From Actinomycetes bacterium (GTDB taxonomy: Bacteria > Actinomycetota > Actinomycetes > S36-B12), in NCBI GenBank assembly GCA_014190275.1, contig BJGE01000005.1, positions 1-61,539 on the forward strand: 61,539 nt of DNA, written 5' to 3'. Position numbers and translations under genes: made by a program. Of this stretch, positions 21,097 through 29,502 are shown one piece after another. The notes under the pieces were generated by a model. It had not been told where the DNA came from. It saw only the letters and a list, made by a program, of their open reading frames with translations, and searched no databases. How positions within the stretch are numbered: position 1 is the stretch's first letter; each line of letters begins with the position of its first letter.

Positions 21097-21540
21097 ATGA
21101 CAGCGAGCAGTGAAGCAGTTGCACTAGCGGTGGCGGCGGCCGAGGCGGCGTCGGAGAAGTTGGGTGCGGACATCATGGCGATCGATGTGAGTGACCATGT
21201 CGTCATAACCGATGTTTTCGTACTTATTTCGGCAGCCAATGAACGACAGGTCAAGGGTGTGGTCGACGGCGTCGAGGAGCGACTGCGCTTAATGGGGGCA
21301 AAGCCCCTGCGCCGGGAGGGTGAGCGCGAGAGCCACTGGGTACTCCTTGACTACGGCGACATCGTGGTGCACGTGCAACTTGCCGAGGAGCGAATTCACT
21401 ACGCGATCGAGCGGCTGTGGAAGGACTGCCCGATGCTCGAGTTGCCGGCTTCGGTAAACGCGCCGCATTCAACCCGCGAAGCATCCCGCGATGCGTTGTA
21501 CGACGGTGCTAGCAGTACGAATCCGCAGGAGGCGTCCTGA
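21097..21540 (+). CDS. rsfS: Ribosome silencing factor RsfS
   Basis: DVS....ITD.F, WVLLDYGDIVVH, Y..ERLW; follows nadD. Confidence 0.94.
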   Translation: MTASSEAVALAVAAAEAASEKLGADIMAIDVSDHVVITDVFVLISAANERQVKGVVDGVEERLRLMGAKPLRREGERESHWVLLDYGDIVVHVQLAEERIHYAIERLWKDCPMLELPASVNAPHSTREASRDALYDGASSTNPQEAS

Positions 21541-22199
21541 ATAGGCAACGTGAATCCCGACGCATTGTTTTCTGGCGGCACGGGCGGACCCATTGGAATG
21601 CCGAGCAGCGCTTCCAGGGGCAAACCGATATCGACCTTGATGAGTTAGGCATCGAGCAGGCCGAACGTGCTGCGGCGATGTTGGCGACTTTGCGCCCTAC
21701 GGTAATTGTTGCCTCTGATCTAAGCCGGGCGATGAACACCGCAAAGCCACTAGCGCGGATTCTTGGTCTTGAAGTCGGCATCGACGTTGGCCTGCGTGAG
21801 ACTTTCGCGGGGGAGTGGGAAGGTCTAACGCGTCCGGAGATGGAGCAGGGCTACGGCACGATGCTCGCTCAGTGGTCGGCCAGTGCAGAAATGCCGGCCG
21901 GGGTGAGCGGTGAAACCCGCATTGAGGTCGCGCAGCGGGTAGCGGCTGCGGTGCAGCGCGCACTGGAGTGGGTGGGGCCCGGTGAGGCGCTGGTCGTGGT
22001 TACCCATGGCGGAGCCGCGCGCGCCGGAATTGGTGAGATCCTGGGGCTGCCACCGGAACACTGGGCGGTGCTCGGGGTGCTGACCAACTGCTCCTGGTCA
22101 GTATTGGTTGAAAATGTAAGTGCCTTTGGCCCGAGGTGGCGCCTGCAGGAGTACAACGCCGGTACTTTGCCGGAGTCGGCGCTAGCCGATGACCGCTAG
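21537..22199 (+). CDS. Histidine phosphatase family protein (GpgP/phosphoglycerate mutase-like), probable CTG start
   Basis: The frame stays open upstream of 21678 and encodes IVFWRHGRT.WN...RFQGQTD (RHG motif); also SDL.RA, LRE..G.WEG, VTHGG. Confidence 0.88.
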   Translation: MNRQRESRRIVFWRHGRTHWNAEQRFQGQTDIDLDELGIEQAERAAAMLATLRPTVIVASDLSRAMNTAKPLARILGLEVGIDVGLRETFAGEWEGLTRPEMEQGYGTMLAQWSASAEMPAGVSGETRIEVAQRVAAAVQRALEWVGPGEALVVVTHGGAARAGIGEILGLPPEHWAVLGVLTNCSWSVLVENVSAFGPRWRLQEYNAGTLPESALADDR

Positions 22200-22282
22200 T
22201 CACAAGCGCTGGCCACTTGAACCGGCCCGGGCCGCGCTCGGTATGCTCACGCTTCCCGTGTTCCGCGGGGCCGGTTAGTTTC

Positions 22283-22355
22283 GGGGCTGTGGCGCAGCTG
22301 GTAGCGCACCTGCATGGCATGCAGGGGGTCAGGGGTTCGAATCCCCTCAGCTCCA
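22283..22355 (+). tRNA. tRNA-Ala (GGC), CCA not encoded
   Basis: GGGGCTG/CAGCTCC acceptor stem, D arm GCGCAGCTGGTAGCGC, anticodon arm CCTGC-ATGGCAT-GCAGG, GGTTCGAATCC T loop; TATGCT at 22242. Confidence 0.97.
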
Positions 22356-22876
22356 CTTAAGTTTCGTGAGTGTGCACGGGGGTACCCCCCCTACCCGCAG
22401 GCGACGCAGGTCGCCGGTCGGTTCAATGCCTTCGAAAGTTGTCGGGTCTGCGTTTTGTTCTTGTGTTTTGGTGGTTTCTGTGTTCCCCTTGGCTAGCGGT
22501 TCATTTGGGCCGCGACCCGTGCTGGAATAGTGGTGAAATGGAGTTCAAATGCCGAAAAGTGAAGTTAGTGCACCTGCTAGTTCCGCGGCCTGCGATCGGC
22601 TAGCACTCGGGGTGGGTTGGTCCCGGCCTGGGGTTGCCGGTATCGGCGGCACCCTAAACCCCTCCTACAGCGGGCAGGCCTGCTATGGGTGCTTTGAGGG
22701 TAATGAAGAGTAGTACTGGTCCCCACCATTAGGTGGGGTGTTTAAACCCTGCTGCTGGCCGACATGGACATACCCGTGCCGCTGGTAGTGCGCACCCAGC
22801 TAAGTGGGTTGATCGTGCATGAGACCCTAATAGGTATTGCACATGATTACTCATTACACCCAATGGGGATGCTGTC
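22356..22876 (-). mobile_element. Decayed Y1/HUH transposase-like relic directly after tRNA-Ala
   Basis: Minus strand 22863-22828 reads LGVMSNHVQYLL (degenerate MxNHVH HUH motif); in-frame stops downstream; several short palindromes; shares three sequence blocks with 37175-37311. Confidence 0.5.
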
Positions 22877-23755
22877 TTAGCCGTGTGGCTCAGACTCCAA
22901 GGTTGGTGCCCTCCTAGTGGCGAGGAAGGAGCCGGCCAGTACCAGCGGGAACCCGATCAAGATCCCCGGTGTCAACGGTTCGCGTAGGACGAGTACTCCT
23001 AATACGACCGCCACCGCTGGATTGACATAGGTGATTACGGTTGTTCTGGCGGGTCCGACTTCAGCGATGAGAGCAAAGAAGATTATGAAAGCACCAGCCG
23101 TGCAGAGGGCGCCGAGGATCACAATCGACCACCACGCAGTTGCGGGTACCGGCTCGGTCGGCCAAGTGAGCCAGGCAAGCGGTGCATAGATCAACGCATT
23201 GATGGCAAGTGATGCGGCGATGACCGCCAGGCTTGGCGCGTCACTGAGTTTTCGATCCACGATGATCGGGCCAAGGGCATAACCCAATACCGTGATGCTG
23301 ACGGCAGCCACGGATAGAAAATCCCCACCAGAAACATCTAGGCCGACCAGTGCGGCAACCCCGGCGAAACCGACACCAAGACCCACCAAGCGCGTTCCAC
23401 TTAGTCGGGAGTCGAGTCCGATAATGCGGGCGATGATGGCGGCGGTGAGGGGCACGGTGGCTATCAGGAGCGCCGCGAGTGAACTTGAGATACGTTGCTC
23501 GGCCCACGTCAATGCGAGGAAGGTGAAGGTCATCTCGACGATTGCAAAGATAACTACCCACCGCCAATGGCCTTTTAGTTGGCGTAGCTGCCCCGTGATG
23601 AGCGCGATCGGCAGCATGATCGCGGCACCGATTACTACGCGTGCGAAGACGACCACGAATGGTGATAGTGATTCAACGCCGACTTTGATGAGCAAGTAGG
23701 GCAGGCCCCAAATCAACCCGAGGGAGATGAAGAGCACCCACCCGCGCCGAGACAT
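22877..23755 (-). CDS. DMT/EamA family transporter
   Basis: About 10 TM in two EamA repeats; ITYVNPAVAV.LG...L.E; TAGCCT 6 nt before ATG. Confidence 0.92.
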   Translation of the reverse strand: MSRRGWVLFISLGLIWGLPYLLIKVGVESLSPFVVVFARVVIGAAIMLPIALITGQLRQLKGHWRWVVIFAIVEMTFTFLALTWAEQRISSSLAALLIATVPLTAAIIARIIGLDSRLSGTRLVGLGVGFAGVAALVGLDVSGGDFLSVAAVSITVLGYALGPIIVDRKLSDAPSLAVIAASLAINALIYAPLAWLTWPTEPVPATAWWSIVILGALCTAGAFIIFFALIAEVGPARTTVITYVNPAVAVVLGVLVLREPLTPGILIGFPLVLAGSFLATRRAPTLESEPHG

Positions 23756-23952
23756 AAGGGGAGGCTAGTGGTCTGGAGTTGTTTGAGTTCGAACGGCTGG
23801 CTAGGTGACTTTTTCTCTTTCGAACTGGGCGGTGCCCAAGGTGACTAACTTGAAGTGGCCCGGTGTTTGGTTCTTTGGCATGGGAAGACTTTAAGGTCCG
23901 TCGGGCACCAAGTTGTGGTTAGCCTCGAAACCCAATGCGCGATGATGTGGTG

Positions 23953-24669
23953 ATGACTCGCCATCTGCTGGTACTGGCCGATTCGCTGGCCTTCCACGGG
24001 CCCGTTGACACGCAGGCACCCACTCACCCCGATCTCTACCCGAATGTCTGCGCGCGCGCCCTGGGCACCGACGTCAAAGTGGATCTGGTGGCTCGATTTG
24101 GTTGGACGGCCCGCGATGCGTGGTGGGCCTTGACCCGCGACCCGATGGCATTTGGTGTTTACGTGAACCGAGCCGATTATCTGATCCTGGGGGTGGGTGG
24201 CATGGATCATTTACCCGCGGCCGTGCCGACCTGGCTGCGTGATTCGATCCCGTATGTGCGACCGGGGTCGCTGCGTAGGTGGGTTCGGCGCACCTACCGG
24301 TTGGCCGCTCCTAAAGTCATCGCGGCATCAGGTGGGCGGATGCGGCAACTACCGCAGCAGGGGACCGACCGCTACCTGACTCGAATTGTGGCCGCGGTCC
24401 GCCATTACCGGCCAGGTATCCCGATCGCACTAGTTGGTCCCTCCGCCCATGCCGCCCCCTCGTATCCCTCCCATCGGCACCACCGGCTTGCTGTTATTGC
24501 CGGGTTGAAGTGGTCGCGGGCTTACGGGGTGGAGTTTGTGGACGTAGATAACTGGGTTGTGCCGTCACTCGCCGCCGGCACCGGGAATCCAGATGGAATC
24601 CATTGGGCCTGGAGCGTGCATGAGTCATTGGGCTCGGCGCTGGCCATCGCGTTGACGGGGCCTCGGTAG
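23953..24669 (+). CDS. SGNH/GDSL acyltransferase, OctT (diglucosylglycerate octanoyltransferase)-like
   Basis: LVLADSL block [27 protein letters not shown] (DxxH); synteny with nadD-rsfS-phosphatase...degV-comEA. Confidence 0.75.
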   Translation: MTRHLLVLADSLAFHGPVDTQAPTHPDLYPNVCARALGTDVKVDLVARFGWTARDAWWALTRDPMAFGVYVNRADYLILGVGGMDHLPAAVPTWLRDSIPYVRPGSLRRWVRRTYRLAAPKVIAASGGRMRQLPQQGTDRYLTRIVAAVRHYRPGIPIALVGPSAHAAPSYPSHRHHRLAVIAGLKWSRAYGVEFVDVDNWVVPSLAAGTGNPDGIHWAWSVHESLGSALAIALTGPR

Positions 24670-24682
24670 ACTCACCAGCCTT

Positions 24683-27175
24683 ATGGGTCACCCAATTGCG
24701 GCCGCAGACCGCGCCGATGAGCCGGTCGGTTATGACTTCAATGCGATTCAAGAGCGGTGGCTGCCGATTTGGGACGAGTTGGCCCCATTTCGGTCCGGTC
24801 GCCCCGGTGACACCCGACCCAAGAAGTACGTACTTGACATGTTCCCGTATCCATCCGGTGACCTACATATGGGCCATGCCGAGGCCTACGCCTTAGGTGA
24901 CGTTATCGCCAGGTACTGGGTGCAGCAGGGCTTTAACGTGATGCATCCGATCGCCTGGGACGCCTTCGGGCTGCCTGCGGAGAACGCTGCAATTAAGCGC
25001 AATGAGGATCCGATTCATTGGACCTACGAGAACATCGCTCAGCAAAAGGCCTCGATGCGTCGCTTCGCATGTTCATTTGACTGGGATCGAGTTTTCAATA
25101 CCTGCGACCCGGAATACTACAAATGGAATCAGTGGTTCTTCCTGCAGATGTTCGAACGTGGTTTGGCTTATCGCAAGGCCAGTAGCGTCAACTGGTGCCC
25201 GAATTGTCAAACAGTGCTCGCAAATGAACAGGTTGTGGCTGGAGTATGCGAACGTTGTGATGCGCCGGTAACCAAGAAGAAGTTGACCCAGTGGTACCTG
25301 CGCATCACCGATTACGCCGATCGCCTACTCGACGATATGGACGACCTCGAAGGCAAGTGGCCCGAGAAAGTGCTGCTGATGCAGCGAAATTGGATCGGCC
25401 GCTCGCGGGGTGCCGAGGTGGAGTTCGTAATCGAAGGACGCGCTGAGCCGGTTACCGTGTACACCACCAGGCCCGACACGCTTTATGGCGCGACCTTCTT
25501 CGTGGTGGCCGTTGACTCGGACTTGGCGGCAGAGTTGGCCACCGGCAGTGCTGCTGAAGCAGATTTTCATACCTATCTTGAACAGGTCAAGGGCACTTCT
25601 GAGATGGATCGACTTGATCAGTCGCGCGAGAAGACAGGCGTGTTCTTGCAGCGGTACGCCATCAATCCAGTAAATGGTGAGCGCATTGAAGTGTGGGCAT
25701 CGGATTACGTGTTGGCCGACTACGGTACCGGGGCGATCATGGCCGTACCCGCACACGACCAACGCGACCTAGACTTCGCACTTAAATTCAAGCTGCCGGT
25801 GCGTGTGGTTGTTGAAGCCGGTGAAGACCCGGTGGTGACCGGCATTGCCACGGCCGATGACGGACCACACGTTAACTCGGGCCCACTTGATGGGCTGGGC
25901 AAAGTTGAAGCTATTGACGCGATGAACTTGGTGCTTGAAGATCGCGGCACCGGGCGGCCAGCGGTCAACTACCGTCTTCGGGACTGGCTCATCTCGCGTC
26001 AGCGCTATTGGGGAGCGCCTATCCCGATCATTCATTGTCCAAATTGTGGTGAGGTGCCGGTGCCCGAGTCACAGTTGCCGGTGCTGTTGCCACCGGCCGA
26101 GGGGCTAGACCTAAAGCCCAAGGGCACCTCCCCCCTTGGTGCGGCAGTCGAATGGGCGAATGTGCCGTGCCCGAAGTGCGGTGGCCCGGCGACCCGTGAC
26201 GCCGACACCATGGATACCTTCGTGGATTCCTCTTGGTACTACCTGCGTTATGTGGACCCACATGATTCGACTCGAGCCTTTGATCCAGCCAAGGTGCGCG
26301 AGTGGCTGCCGGTTGATCAATACGTTGGGGGTGTCACCCATGCAATCTTGCACCTGCTTTACAGCCGGTTCTTCACCAAAGTCCTTTACGACATGGGGCT
26401 GCTCGACTTCACTGAGCCATTTACGCGCCTGCTGAATCAGGGCATGGTGGTGATGTCGGGTTCGGCGATGAGCAAGAGTCGAGGCAATCTCGTCCGACTA
26501 TCCGATGAGCTTGCGATCCACGGCGTCGATGCAATTCGCCTGAGCATGGTCTTCGCCGGGCCGCCCGAGGACGACGTCGACTGGGCTGAAGTCTCGCCAT
26601 CGGGTGCGAAAAAGTTCCTAGCTCGCGCTTGGCGGCTTTCCGGCGACGTGACAAGTGCGCCCGGAGTTGACTTCGCGGGTGGTGACCCACAACTTCGCAA
26701 GGCCACGCACCGTGCGGTGCATGATGCGACAGTCTCGATTGAGTCGTTTCGATTCAATGTTGCGGTCGCGCGCGCGATGGAGTTGGTCAACGTAACACGC
26801 AAGGCGATTGATAGCGGTTGTGGGCCGGATGATCCGGCCGTGCGCGAGGCCACCGAAGCCGTGGCGATCATCTTGTCCCTAGTCGCGCCATACACGGCCG
26901 AAGACATGTGGTGGCGACTAAGTCATGAGCCTTCGGTTGCCCTGGCCGGCTGGCCGCTGGTGGATCCGGAGTTACTAGTCGAGGATTCGGTTACCTGCAT
27001 CGTGCAAATCTCCGGCAAGGTGCGTGAGCGCCTAGAGGTAGCACCGGGTATCAACGAGGACGATCTACGCGCTCTGGCATTGGCGGCTCCTGCCGTGCAG
27101 GCGGGCTTGGAGGGCAGAGGCATCAAAACCGTAATCGTGCGCCCGCCCAAGCTCGTCAACATCGTGCCTGAGTAA
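24683..27175 (+). CDS. leuS: Leucine--tRNA ligase
   Basis: MFPYPSG.LHMGH, YTTRPDT editing domain, [27 protein letters not shown] (KMSKS variant). Confidence 0.97.
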   Translation: MGHPIAAADRADEPVGYDFNAIQERWLPIWDELAPFRSGRPGDTRPKKYVLDMFPYPSGDLHMGHAEAYALGDVIARYWVQQGFNVMHPIAWDAFGLPAENAAIKRNEDPIHWTYENIAQQKASMRRFACSFDWDRVFNTCDPEYYKWNQWFFLQMFERGLAYRKASSVNWCPNCQTVLANEQVVAGVCERCDAPVTKKKLTQWYLRITDYADRLLDDMDDLEGKWPEKVLLMQRNWIGRSRGAEVEFVIEGRAEPVTVYTTRPDTLYGATFFVVAVDSDLAAELATGSAAEADFHTYLEQVKGTSEMDRLDQSREKTGVFLQRYAINPVNGERIEVWASDYVLADYGTGAIMAVPAHDQRDLDFALKFKLPVRVVVEAGEDPVVTGIATADDGPHVNSGPLDGLGKVEAIDAMNLVLEDRGTGRPAVNYRLRDWLISRQRYWGAPIPIIHCPNCGEVPVPESQLPVLLPPAEGLDLKPKGTSPLGAAVEWANVPCPKCGGPATRDADTMDTFVDSSWYYLRYVDPHDSTRAFDPAKVREWLPVDQYVGGVTHAILHLLYSRFFTKVLYDMGLLDFTEPFTRLLNQGMVVMSGSAMSKSRGNLVRLSDELAIHGVDAIRLSMVFAGPPEDDVDWAEVSPSGAKKFLARAWRLSGDVTSAPGVDFAGGDPQLRKATHRAVHDATVSIESFRFNVAVARAMELVNVTRKAIDSGCGPDDPAVREATEAVAIILSLVAPYTAEDMWWRLSHEPSVALAGWPLVDPELLVEDSVTCIVQISGKVRERLEVAPGINEDDLRALALAAPAVQAGLEGRGIKTVIVRPPKLVNIVPE

Positions 27176-27198
27176 CCAGCTTTCGTTACGCTGCGGGT

Positions 27199-28047
27199 AT
27201 GCCAGTCGCGGTCATTACCGATTCGACCGCCTATCTACCGACCGGATGGGCCGCGCAGTATGGCATCGGCATTGTCCCGGTGCAGGTGGTAGTAGCAGGC
27301 AAGGCATATGACGAGACCGAGGATCAACAGGCCGCGTCGGTAGTTGAAGCACTGGAGCAATGGCATCCGGTCACCACCTCAAGACCGTCCCCCGAACGCT
27401 TCTTCGAGAGTTTTCGTGCGGCGCAGGAGGCGGGGGCCACATCGATCGTGGTCGCGACCCTTTCGGCCGCGATGTCTGCGACTTATGAGTCGGCACTGCT
27501 TGCGGCGAAGGAGTGCACGATTCCGGTGCATGTCATCGATAGTCGCAGTATCGCAATGGGTCTTGGCTTCGCGGTGATTTCGGGGGCAGCAGCCGCCCGC
27601 CTTGGTGCCAATGAGTTTGACGTCACCGCAATTATTGAGCGCCGGGCCGAGGCGAGCAGTGTGTTCTTCTATGTTGACACCTTGGAGTACCTGCGCCGTG
27701 GCGGGCGCGTTAGTTCTGCCCGCGCCGCGGTTGGGCAAGCATTGCAGGTTAAGCCCCTGCTGCAACTAGTTGACGGGCACGTGCAGCAGGTCGACAAAGT
27801 TCGGACATCTTCGAAGGCCCTGGCGCGCTTGGCCGATTTGGCCGTTGCGGCTGCGGGTGAACTCGCTGTCGATATTGCGGTCCAGCATCTAGCCGCTCCC
27901 GATCGGGCCCAGCAACTAGTCGATATTTTACGTGAGCGCTTACCTGCTGCCACCATCGTGCAGTGCCCCGTGGGCGGGGTGGTCGGCGCACATGTGGGGC
28001 CGGGAATGGTTGCGGTCGTGGTGGCACCGGAAGTCCCTTGGCTGTGA
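27199..28047 (+). CDS. DegV family fatty-acid-binding protein
   Basis: ITDST, TTSRPSP, LS...S.TY.SA, L.YL.RGGR, V.AHVGPG. Confidence 0.92.
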   Translation: MPVAVITDSTAYLPTGWAAQYGIGIVPVQVVVAGKAYDETEDQQAASVVEALEQWHPVTTSRPSPERFFESFRAAQEAGATSIVVATLSAAMSATYESALLAAKECTIPVHVIDSRSIAMGLGFAVISGAAAARLGANEFDVTAIIERRAEASSVFFYVDTLEYLRRGGRVSSARAAVGQALQVKPLLQLVDGHVQQVDKVRTSSKALARLADLAVAAAGELAVDIAVQHLAAPDRAQQLVDILRERLPAATIVQCPVGGVVGAHVGPGMVAVVVAPEVPWL

Positions 28048-28625
28048 CCCCTTGGTTTTGGGTACTCGTTGCTGGCGTAACCGGGTACCTGCTCGGCTCG
28101 ATTAGCCCGTCGGTTTATGTGGCTCGGGTATTTGGCGTCGATCTATTCGCATCGGGTTCGGGTAACCCCGGTGCCACAAATGTGGGCCGCACCTTAGGCG
28201 CTCGCTGGGGCGTCATGGTCGCGGTCATTGACATCGCAAAGGGCTTCCTGCCCGCAGCGGTCTTCGGTATTTATGTCGGTGCGATCGCCGGCGAAGTCGC
28301 CGGACTGGCGGCGGTGCTCGGGCACATCACGTCACCGTTCTTAAAAGGCCGCGGTGGCAAGGGGGTAGCGACCACCTTGGGGGCGATCCTCGGGGTGCAG
28401 CCGTGGCTGGCTATCCCGGTGCTGATCACATTCGGGGTTGGGTTGGCGATTTGGCACCGCGTTGGCCTCGGCGCAGCGCTGGCGGCATTCGCGCTAGCGA
28501 TTTGCGGCGTGGTGGGCTGGGCCCTTGGCCGCCTGGATCCATCCGATGCGGTTTTCGCGCTTGTCATGGCGGGTTTGGTGCTGGGGCGCCATGCGGGCAA
28601 TATCCGCCGCGCGACCTTGCACTGA
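28044..28625 (+). CDS. plsY: Glycerol-3-phosphate acyltransferase PlsY
   Basis: GYLLGS, GSGNPGATN, D..KG, GH...F...GGKGVAT, RH..NI.R; GTG overlaps the degV stop (GTGA). Confidence 0.9.
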   Translation: MTPWFWVLVAGVTGYLLGSISPSVYVARVFGVDLFASGSGNPGATNVGRTLGARWGVMVAVIDIAKGFLPAAVFGIYVGAIAGEVAGLAAVLGHITSPFLKGRGGKGVATTLGAILGVQPWLAIPVLITFGVGLAIWHRVGLGAALAAFALAICGVVGWALGRLDPSDAVFALVMAGLVLGRHAGNIRRATLH

Positions 28626-28722
28626 CTGCGGCAGTTTCCACAAGTGACCAGCTTCATCACTTTCATCCACAGGTGGGCAACTGCCAACTGACATTTAACC
28701 CGTTACTCCATAGCGTCTCGGT

Positions 28723-29502
28723 ATGTCGCTACGTGCCGCTGTTGCCGACCGCTTCCAAAAGCAAGTGCCGGCGGTGACGGCGGCAACAAGTGATCGACTC
28801 CAACGTATTGCCATGCAATGGACGCCGAGCCCACCGGCCCAGTTGCCGGCCGACGCTTTCATTGACGCAATAGCGGGTCCGGATCCTAAGGGCCGGGTGT
28901 TTCGGCTGGATCGGCGTGCTTGGCGCGGTCTATTGGCCATCGTGCTGGGAGCCGCTTTGATCGCCGGGTGGATGTGGTGGCAGGGCCGGCCACGGGAGGT
29001 GACCTTGGCCCCAGAAGTCTTGGTCAGCGGTGCGCCGGTGCCCGGTGCTGCCGCGGGGCCTACTACCGGCGCTGGGGCGAGTGAAATCGGTGGTCAAGTA
29101 GTGGTGCATGTCATCGGCGCGGTAAACAACCCGGGTTTAGTGCAGTTGCCCGCCGGTTCGAGGATCGCCGACGCGATTACTGCTGTCGGCGGCCCCAAAA
29201 CGGCGAAGGCTCTCGGATCGGTGAACCTGGCCCGAGTCTTAATTGACGGCGAACAAATTGTGGTCGGCGCAGCGGCGGGCGCGAACAGCGGTTCACCCAT
29301 TGATGCCAATGGGGTGCTGAATTTAAATTCGGCAACGGCAACTGACTTTGAAGCCCTGCCGGGGGTCGGCCCGGTGTTGGCGAGTCGGATTATGGATTGG
29401 CGTACAACCAATGGAGTGTTTCGAAGTATTGACGAACTTGGTGAAGTAACCGGCATTGGTCCATCGATCCTCGAGCAGATCCGCTCCTTGGTCCGCGTTT
29501 GA
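28723..29502 (+). CDS. comEA: Competence DNA-binding protein ComEA
   Basis: TM anchor, SLBB domain (VHV.GAV..PG, NLA..L.DGEQI), HhH LPGVGP and GIGP. Confidence 0.92.
   Translation: MSLRAAVADRFQKQVPAVTAATSDRLQRIAMQWTPSPPAQLPADAFIDAIAGPDPKGRVFRLDRRAWRGLLAIVLGAALIAGWMWWQGRPREVTLAPEVLVSGAPVPGAAAGPTTGAGASEIGGQVVVHVIGAVNNPGLVQLPAGSRIADAITAVGGPKTAKALGSVNLARVLIDGEQIVVGAAAGANSGSPIDANGVLNLNSATATDFEALPGVGPVLASRIMDWRTTNGVFRSIDELGEVTGIGPSILEQIRSLVRV

Noticed and set aside
22000-22603. ORFs 22000-22356, 22314-22496 and 22370-22603
   Set aside because: The first two read through tRNA-Ala; the third lies in the decayed spacer and has no recognisable motif.
22601-22608. TAGCACTC as a second CIRCE
   Set aside because: Half-site only; no GAGTGCTA nine bases downstream.
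22356-23950. Integrative element or prophage at tRNA-Ala
   Set aside because: No integrase, and I found no duplicated tRNA 3' end (att site) downstream.
26461-26481. AMSKS in place of KMSKS in LeuS as a sign of inactivity
   Set aside because: The first position of the motif varies among class I synthetases; the second Lys and all other motifs are intact.
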